From Rebecca billardiae RCC1528 (Eukaryota > Protista > Haptophyta), in contig OZ251224.1 of assembly GCA_965240325.2 (NCBI GenBank), positions 682,001-746,000 on the forward strand: DNA of 64,000 bases. The letters run 5' to 3'. Positions within the stretch are counted from its first letter, which is position 1. Every line of letters starts with the position of its first letter. Made by a program: the position numbers and the translations under genes. Shown piece after piece: positions 56,385 through 64,000 of the stretch. The notes under the pieces were generated by a model. It searched no databases. It worked only from the letters and a program-made list of their open reading frames with translations, and was not told the DNA's origin.

Positions 56385-59300
56385 ATGCAGAAGGCCATCC
56401 GCGAGTGCAATGGCAAGCGGCTGATGAGCAAGTACATGCGCGACGAGGCGGGCGCCCAACTCTACCACTGCCAGGCCGCGCAGATCAAGTCCCTCGACGA
56501 CCTCGACGCGCTGCCGGCGCAGGAGCCGTGGCTGCTGTCGTCCAAGCTCGTCGTCAAGCCTGACCAGCTGATCAAGCGGCGCGGGAAGGCGGGGCTGGTG
56601 AAGATCGGGCTGGACTGGGACGGCGTCAAGGCGCAGGTGCGCGAGTGGATGGGCGCCACCATCGAGGTCGAGGGCGTGAAGGGCAAGCTCGACACGTTCA
56701 TCGTCGAGCCGATGGCGGCGATGACCAACGAGTTCTACGTCGCCATCTACTCGTCGCGCGAGGAGGACACGATCCTGTTCTACCACGAGGGCGGCGTGGA
56801 CGTGGGCGACGTAGATGCCAAGGCGAGCAAGCTCAACGTCGCCGTCGGCGAGGTCAGCAGCGTGACGGGCGCGCGCGTGACGGGCGCGCTGCTCGGCCAG
56901 GTGCCGGCCGAGCTCCAGCCGCGCCTCGCGACCTTCGTGTGCGCGCTGTACCGCTTCTACGTCGAGCTGGCGTTCACGTACCTGGAGATCAACCCGATCG
57001 TGCTCGTCGGCGACTCGGTCGTCCCGCTCGACCTCGCCGCCAAGGTGGACCTCACCGCGCAGCACGACCTCGCGGACAAGTGGGGCGACCTCGACATGCC
57101 CGCGCCGTTTGGCCGCTCGCGCACGCCGGAGGAGGCGTACGTCGAGGCGCTGGACGAGAAGACGGGCGCGTCGCTCAAGCTGACGGTGCTCAACCCGAAC
57201 GGCCGCGTGTGGACCATGGTCGCCGGCGGCGGCGCCTCCGTCATCTACGCCGACACGATCTGCGACATGGGGTTTGCCGCCGACCTGTGCAACTACGGCG
57301 AGTACTCGGGCGCGCCCACCAAGCAGCACACCTTCGAGTACGCCAAGACGATCCTCTCGCTGATGACGCGCGAGCCGGTGGACACGCCGGGGTACGTGCC
57401 GAAGGGGAAGGTGCTGATCATCGGCGGCGGCATCGCCAACTTCACCAACGTCGCCTCCACCTTCAGCGGGATCATCCAGGCGCTCAAGCACTTCCGCGAC
57501 GCCATCATCTCGCACAAGATCGCCGTCTACGTGCGCCGCGGCGGCCCCAACTACCAGGAGGGGCTGGACGCGATGCGCGAGGCGGGCGCGAAGCTGGACA
57601 TCCCGATGCACGTGTACGGCCCCGAGACGCACCTCACTGCCATCGTGCCCATGGCCTTCACCTACCTCGACCCCACGTTCAAGGCGAAGCCGACGCTGCA
57701 GCCGCTGCCGCGCCCGTCCGCGCCCGACCCGGTCAGCAAGATGAAGTCGGCGGGCTCGGGCACCTCGCTGCCCTCGCTCGCGACGGCGGGCAGTGGCGGG
57801 CCGCACACGGGCAACGTGCCCGAGTCGCCCGGCCCGCACACCCTCTTCACGCGCGAGACCCGCTCCGTGATCTACGGGCTGCAGGTCGGCGCCGTGCAGA
57901 ACATGCTCGACTTTGACTTCTCGTGCTCGCGAGAGACGCCGTCGGTCGCGGGCATGATCTACCCGTTCGGCGGCGACCACGTGCAGAAGTTCTACTGGGG
58001 CACGAAGGAGGTGCTCGTGCCCGTGTACAAGGACACGGCGAGCGCGCTCAAGGCGCACCCCGAGGTCGACGTGATGGTCAACTTCGCCTCGCAGCGCTCG
58101 GTGTACCCCTCGGTGATGGACGCGCTCCAGTTCCCGCAGCTGCGCGTGATCGCCATCATCGCCGAGGGCGTGCCCGAGAACAAGACGCGCGAGATCAACC
58201 GGCAGGCGAAGGCGAAGGGCGTGACGATCATCGGCCCCGCCACCGTCGGCGGCATCAAGCCGGGCTGCTTCCGCATCGGCAACACCGGCGGCATGATCGA
58301 CAACTGCATCACGTGCAAGCTGCACCGGCCGGGCTCGGTCGCGTACGTCTCGCGCTCGGGCGGCATGTCCAACGAGCTCAACAACATCATGGCGATGCAC
58401 ACGAACGGCGTGTACGAGGGGATCGCGATCGGCGGCGACCGGTACCCGGGCACGACCTTCGTCGACCACATCATGCGCTACGAGGCCAACCCGAACGTCA
58501 AGATGCTCGTGCTGCTCGGCGAGGTGGGCGGCGTCGAGGAGTACGTGATCGCGGACGCGATCAAGAGCGGCAAGCTCACAAAGCCGCTGGTCGCGTGGTG
58601 CATCGGCACGTGCGCCAAGTCGTTCGACTACTCGATCTCGTTCGGCCACGCGGGCTCGGCGGCGAACTCGATGACCGAGACCTCCGAGGCCAAGAACGCC
58701 GCGCTCAAGGCCGCCGGCGCCGTCGTCCCCGACTCGTTCAACGACCTGCCCGAGGCGATCAAGCTCACGTACGACAAGCTGGTCGCGTCGGGCGCGGTCG
58801 TCGAGGGGCCCGAGCCCGCGCCGCCGCACATGCCGATGGACTACAAGTGGGCGAGCGAGCTGGGGCTGGTGCGCAAGCCCGCGGCGTTCGTCTCCACCAT
58901 CTGCGACGACCGCGGCGAGGAGCTGCTCTACGCCGGCATGTCGATCACGCGCGTGTTCGAGGAGGACATCGGCATCGGCGGCGTGCTCTCGCTGCTGTGG
59001 TTCAAGCGGCGGCTGCCGCCGTACGCGTGCAAGTTCATCGAGATGGTGCTGATGCTCACGGCGGACCACGGCCCGGCGGTGGCGGGCGCGCACAACACGA
59101 TCATCACGGCGCGCGCCGGCAAGGACATGGTCTCGTCCCTCGTCTCCGGCCTCCTCACCATCGGCCCGCGCTTTGGCGGTGCGGTCGACGGCGCGGCCGA
59201 GTGCTTCTCCAACGCCGTCGACACCGGCCTCACGCCCTCGCAGCTCATCGACGTGAAGCGCAAGCAGGGCGAGCTGCTGATGGGTGCGCGCGCGGCACGA

Positions 59301-59915
59301 GCCTGCGCTTCGCGCGCGCACGCCGTCGCTGGCGCGCCCGACGCCAGACCCAACCCCGCCGCGCGCGCGCCCGCGCCCTGGCCCGCCGCGCAGGCATCGG
59401 GCACCGCATCAAGTCGCTCGAGAACCCGGACATGCGCGTCGTCATCCTCAAGAAGTTCGTGATGGACCACTTCCCCGACTGCTCGGTGCTGAAGTACGCG
59501 CTCGAGGTGGAGAAGATCACGACGCGCAAGCGCTCCAACCTCATCCTCAACGTCGACGGCACCATCGGCTGCGCGTTCGTCGACCTGCTGCGAGGCTCGG
59601 GCGCGTTCACGCGCGACGAGGCGGACGAGTACATCAAGGCGGGCGTGCTCAACGGCCTCTTCGTGCTCGGACGCTCGATCGGCTTCATCGGCCACTTCCT
59701 CGACCAGAAGCGGCTGAGGCAGGGGCTGTACCGCCACCCGTGGGACGACATCTGCTACATGTGCGTGCGCTGCGCCGCGCCTTCCGCGCCTTCACGCCCT
59801 CCGACCGCGACCGCGGCTGAGGCGCCTTTGGTGCGCGTGTCGCCCGGTCCCCGCCCCCAGGCTGCCCACCAACACGGTCGAGTCCGTGTGCGAACCTGAG
59901 TACAAGGGCAAGTGA
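56385..59915 (+). CDS. ACLY: ATP-citrate lyase, single-chain (fused beta+alpha); exons 56385-59283, 59394-59760, 59861-59915
   Basis: [66 protein letters not shown]|IGHRIKS and [11 protein letters not shown]|LP. Confidence 0.95.
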
Positions 59916-60535
59916 GCGCCGGATGGCATGCCTCAGCCCCAGCAGCGCATGCAAAAGAGGAGGTGATCTCTAAGACGACCTCGACTCGACCACGCCGGCG
60001 AGCGCGATGTCAGCATGATGACTCACAGCTTGCTTGCCAGATGACGCGGCGTGTGACACTGTCAGTGTCACTGGGTTTGCTGGCTGCGGCTGGCATCAGC
60101 CATCAGGCCTCCAGCTCAGCCTGCCTCGCAGCCGTCCTATGATGCCGGTCACTGGCCCCCGGTCTGTCGTCAATCAGCAGCAGTGATCTGTCGTCATCAT
60201 CACGAGTTCAACCGTATACACTACACACTACACAGTACACTGCGTGATCGCGGCTGATCGGCCGCAGTGACACTGCTAGACTGGCAGACTGCTAGTCGGG
60301 TCACTACTCACTGCGGTGTCAGTGACAGTGACACTGCTATATATGCTGTCGCTGATTAGATCGAATGCCGCCTGCTGACGCGATGATCGATTGATCGGAT
60401 ATGCGGACGATTAGAATTTAGACGATGACATGCATGACCATCATTGATGGCGCATTGGCAACTTATTTGATATATAATAAATGACGACGTCGACGACCGG
60501 ACAGCATATATGCTGATGATGATACTACTTACTAG

Positions 60536-60541
<6 letters not shown>

Positions 60542-60623
<82 letters not shown>
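60542..60623. repeat. (TA)n microsatellite
   Basis: About 40 TA units. Confidence 0.95.
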
Positions 60624-60624
<1 letters not shown>

Positions 60625-60960
60625 GATTCTGGCGCCCGCCGCCCCGTGGCCTGTCACAGACACAGTCTGCAGTATAACGTGTCTGCCACAGTCTCAGCGA
60701 GCACGCGGAGGACGTGGATGAGCAGGGCCTCTGCGTACTGTAGACTGTAGCGCGTCGGCAGCTCGCGCGCAGCCGCGGGGCGGCTGCGAGCGCACCCGCC
60801 GCAGCGCGCCGGCGGCCGGCGCGCCGCGGACCGTGCTGCCGACGGGCAAGCCGGCGGAGGTCATGCGACACTGCGATGGGTGCTGCTCGTCGGTGATTTT
60901 GCGGGCCTTGGGAGCTGCCGTCGAGTGGCGTGTGCTCCAGGTAGCGCGCCGGTGTTGCGG

Positions 60961-61842
60961 CTATTCCTGCGCCCGCGGCATAGGTGCCATGACACGATTC
61001 ATGTCGTGCCCTGCGAGCTTCCCGATGCGGTACTTGTGCTGAGCAGCCAGCCGACGGAAGCACTTGGCCACATGCCGCTGCTTGGTCTCCACCTGCACAA
61101 GCTGAGGCCTGTACGTCGCAAAGAGCTGCTGCCCACCCGCAAAGACATCGCACTCGGCACCTTCCACGTCGATCTTCACCACGTCCACGGTTGGCAGGCG
61201 AAGTCGTCGCAGCATCTCGTCGAGCGAGACCATCTGCACAACGTCGCAGTGCCTGGCCAAGAGGTGTGGATCGCTCGTTGCGCACGAAGTGGCCTTTGGA
61301 CCGCACTCCATGATGCCGTTGCCGAGGTTCTTATTGGTCGATGAGCGCACGATACACGTAACGGCACTATCGGCGGAAGCACCCGAGATCGCTCCAGGGT
61401 GGCCGATCGCGACGGGAAGCACGCGCACACGTTCGCGCAGGTCTGGATTCAGGCACAGGCTAGCGTTGATTGCTCGCCTGTTCTGATACATGGGTTCCAT
61501 CGCGACCACTTGGTAGCCAAACTTGGCGAATAGAAGCGAGTAGAAGCCCAGGTTGGCACCGATGTCGAGGAACACGGTTGCGTGCGCCGGAGGCGTGGTG
61601 CCCGCAAGCCGGGCGAGCTCAGCCGGATCATCGATCTCCCAATGGCCGTCGCGCATGATACTTTTGCTCACCTTGTCGTTCTCGGCGAAGACGGCCATGG
61701 GGAAGTCGCCTACTCTAGTCTTCACGGTCGCAATCGCAATCCCCGGCGGCACACAAGCCGGGTTGTACGCTGCCACCAGCGCCCAGCCGCAAGCATGCAG
61801 GGTGGCCACTAGGACTCGGGCCAACGGGCTGGCGGGCGCCAT
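60961..61842 (-). CDS. FkbM-family SAM-dependent methyltransferase with N-terminal signal/anchor
   Basis: [27 protein letters not shown] and [15 protein letters not shown]; ATG 61842. Confidence 0.88.
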   Translation of the reverse strand: MAPASPLARVLVATLHACGWALVAAYNPACVPPGIAIATVKTRVGDFPMAVFAENDKVSKSIMRDGHWEIDDPAELARLAGTTPPAHATVFLDIGANLGFYSLLFAKFGYQVVAMEPMYQNRRAINASLCLNPDLRERVRVLPVAIGHPGAISGASADSAVTCIVRSSTNKNLGNGIMECGPKATSCATSDPHLLARHCDVVQMVSLDEMLRRLRLPTVDVVKIDVEGAECDVFAGGQQLFATYRPQLVQVETKQRHVAKCFRRLAAQHKYRIGKLAGHDMNRVMAPMPRAQE

Positions 61843-61959
61843 CGTTGTCCGGTGAAAGGAGCTCAAGCCGCGTGCACACTGCACACTGAGCGGCTGCGTC
61901 GCGGCGACCGCGCCGACCGCGTAGTCGGGCCCCCACCTCACGGTGCGTGCCGGGGCGCG

Positions 61960-63114
61960 ATGGCCGGAGTTGGCGCCGGGCCCCAGAGTGACCGGAATCA
62001 GGAGGCCACGATCTACATCGGCGACCTCGATGGCCAAGTCGAGGAGCCCCTGCTGTGGGAGATCATGGTTCAAGTCGGACCAGTCGTGAGTGTGCACATT
62101 CCCAAGGACAAGCTCACGGCGCAGAGCATGGGGTTCGGCTTCGTCGAGTTCAAGTCTGAGGTTGACGCCGAGTATGCGGTGAAGGTGATGAACATGATCA
62201 AGCTCTTCGGCAAGCCCATTCGCGTCAACAAGTCGGCGCGGGACCGCGACGCGCTTGACGCCGGCGCCAACCTCTTCATCGGCAACCTCGATCCGGAGGT
62301 GGACGAGAAGCTGCTGTACGACACATTCTCCGCGTTCGGGACGATCATGACCACGCCAAAGGTCATGCGCGACCAGGAGACGGGCACCTCGCGCGGCTTT
62401 GGCTTCGTGAACTTCGACTCGTTCGAGGCGTCCGATGCGGCGATCGAGGCGATGAGCGGCCAGTTCCTGTGCAACAAGCCCATCACTGTGTGCTACGCAC
62501 TCAAGAAGGACTCGAAGACGGAGCGCCACGGCAGTGCTGCAGAGCGCCTGCTCGCGGCGAAGCGCCCGGCCGCTACGGCGGGGTTCAGCCTCCGACCTAA
62601 CCAGTACTTCGCCGCGTCCGCCGGCACCAACCCACTCGCGGATGGCCAGGCGTCAGCTGCGGCGCCACCTCCACCACCGCCGCCGGGCATGCCCCCGCCC
62701 GGGATGCTTCCGCCGGGGATGCCGCCGCCGCCAGGGATGCCGCCGCCGCCGGGGATGCCTCCGCCGCCGGGCATGCCGCCTCCGCCGGGGATGCCCCCGC
62801 CGCCAGGGATGCCGCCGCCGCCCGGCATGCCGCCACCGCCCGGCATGGCGATGCGGCCGCCCGGCATGCCGCCGCCGCCGGGGATGCCACCGCCGCCGGG
62901 CATGCCGCCACCGCCGGGGATGCCGCCACCTCGTGGCATGCCGCCGCCGCCAGGGATGCCGCCGCCGCCAGGCATGCAGCCAGGCATGCCGCCAGGCATG
63001 CCGCCACCGCCAGGGATGCCGCCACCGCCCGGGATGCCGCCACCGCCCGGGATGCCGCCACCGCCTGGGATGCCTCCGCCGCCGGGCATGCCCCCTCCGC
63101 CTCCAATGCGTTGA
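61960..63114 (+). CDS. SF3B4: Splicing factor 3B subunit 4 (two RRMs, PPPGM tail)
   Basis: [54 protein letters not shown] and [13 protein letters not shown], followed by a (PPPPGM)n tail. Confidence 0.96.
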   Translation: MAGVGAGPQSDRNQEATIYIGDLDGQVEEPLLWEIMVQVGPVVSVHIPKDKLTAQSMGFGFVEFKSEVDAEYAVKVMNMIKLFGKPIRVNKSARDRDALDAGANLFIGNLDPEVDEKLLYDTFSAFGTIMTTPKVMRDQETGTSRGFGFVNFDSFEASDAAIEAMSGQFLCNKPITVCYALKKDSKTERHGSAAERLLAAKRPAATAGFSLRPNQYFAASAGTNPLADGQASAAAPPPPPPPGMPPPGMLPPGMPPPPGMPPPPGMPPPPGMPPPPGMPPPPGMPPPPGMPPPPGMAMRPPGMPPPPGMPPPPGMPPPPGMPPPRGMPPPPGMPPPPGMQPGMPPGMPPPPGMPPPPGMPPPPGMPPPPGMPPPPGMPPPPPMR

Positions 63115-63354
63115 CAGTTGACAACTTTGTCAATGACATGATTCTTGTCGTCGGGAAGGGCGCGCACCCGACGAAAGAAGTAATGGTAGCCGGGGACCGG
63201 CCTGCCCAGGAGCCCCTCCGTAGTGTCAATGTAGAGTAAGTACAGTATTGATGTATCCTCATGCTGTAGCAGTAGTTAGTAGAGTAGACCAGGAATCCCG
63301 CCAGAAATGAGAAATCTATTAGACGATGAAATCGACAAATCGTCTCCTGACAGC

Positions 63355-64000
63355 ATGGCAGCTGCGCGGCATAACCGGCATGCCGCAATCATCGTCCTTC
63401 TCATCATCGGCGCCATACCGGCTCAAGGCAGCGCCACGCGTCAGCCATTTGCCACTGTGAGGCGTAGCACGCCGCTTGTATCACGCCGCGTTGCAGTCGT
63501 CACCGGGGCCGCTGCCATATTGTCGGCACCAAATGCCCTCCTCGCTGCAGACGAGGAGGATGTCGACCTTCGGCCGACGGCTGTCTGCTTCCTCGACTTC
63601 GAGATCGACGCCGCTCCCGCAGGGAGAGTGACCATTGAGCTCTACGGAAATGCCGTGCCTCGTACTGTCGCAAACTTCAAGGACCTTGCCGTTGGTAAGC
63701 CTGGCTTTGGGTACAAGGTGAGCTCTTGCACCACGCCCTCCTTGCGGGCCCGACCTACTTGCACTCACACTGCGATCCCCATCACTGCTGCCACGCCGTG
63801 TGCGCAGGGCACGAGCGTGTATCGCGTCGTCAACGGGCTAACCATCCAAGCTGGCGACATCGTGCGCGATGACGGCACGAGTGGGCGCTCCATCTATGGT
63901 GAAAGCTTCGAGCGCGAGAGCTTCCGCGTACCACATTCTGGCGAGGGCTTCGTCTCCATGGTCAACTCGCCGGCCGGCACCGTGGACTCGCGCTTCTTGA
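63355..64000 (+). CDS. Cyclophilin-type PPIase with plastid/thylakoid-lumen-type leader (runs off window); intron 63718-63807
   Basis: CFLDFEID..AGRVTIELYGNAVPRTVANF..GFGYK|GTSVYRVV..IQAGD..GTSGRSIYGESF..H..G.VSMVN..DSRF. Leader is a signal peptide followed by SRRVAVVTGAAAILSAPNALLAA. Confidence 0.85.
   Translation, partial: MAAARHNRHAAIIVLLIIGAIPAQGSATRQPFATVRRSTPLVSRRVAVVTGAAAILSAPNALLAADEEDVDLRPTAVCFLDFEIDAAPAGRVTIELYGNAVPRTVANFKDLAVGKPGFGYKVSSCTTPSLRARPTCTHTAIPITAATPCAQGTSVYRVVNGLTIQAGDIVRDDGTSGRSIYGESFERESFRVPHSGEGFVSMVNSPAGTVDSRFL

Overview
Very GC-rich eukaryotic nuclear DNA. Genes are compact, GT-AG introns are short and GC-rich (90-206 bp; donors mostly GTGCG, acceptors mostly CGCAG), and several proteins carry signal+transit leaders. 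This is consistent with an alga bearing a complex plastid, such as a pavlovalean haptophyte (inference only). About 22 protein-coding genes can be supported: lipocalin, ClC channel, SERINC, R2R3-Myb, tandem SRPBCC protein, YgfZ/COG0354, axonemal-dynein-light-chain-domain coiled-coil protein, cAMP-receptor-like GPCR, phosphoketolase, CAX antiporter, hemerythrin-domain protein, an ATG10/F-box-like/RCC1 fusion, MFS transporter, C2HC zinc finger/SAH protein, fatty-acid hydroxylase, RIO2, MUTYH, F-box/ankyrin protein, LYRM protein, IQ/C2/EF-hand protein, fused ATP-citrate lyase, FkbM methyltransferase and SF3B4, plus a partial lumenal cyclophilin. Many sit in tight head-to-head pairs separated by decayed AT-richer spacers, which hold a TA-flanked Tc1/mariner-type MITE and a nested family of dispersed repeats. 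Best leads: (1) an intronless ATG10 (HPC catalytic motif) + F-box-like + RCC1 fusion; (2) an ACG codon in GCCACGG context that would give MUTYH an organelle-targeting leader; (3) three allelic states of one insertion site in a dispersed repeat; (4) a ClC with the animal channel-type valine; (5) a predicted NLS-like terminal micro-exon on phosphoketolase; (6) self-complementary intron ends. All family calls come from motif recognition by eye; no database search was run.
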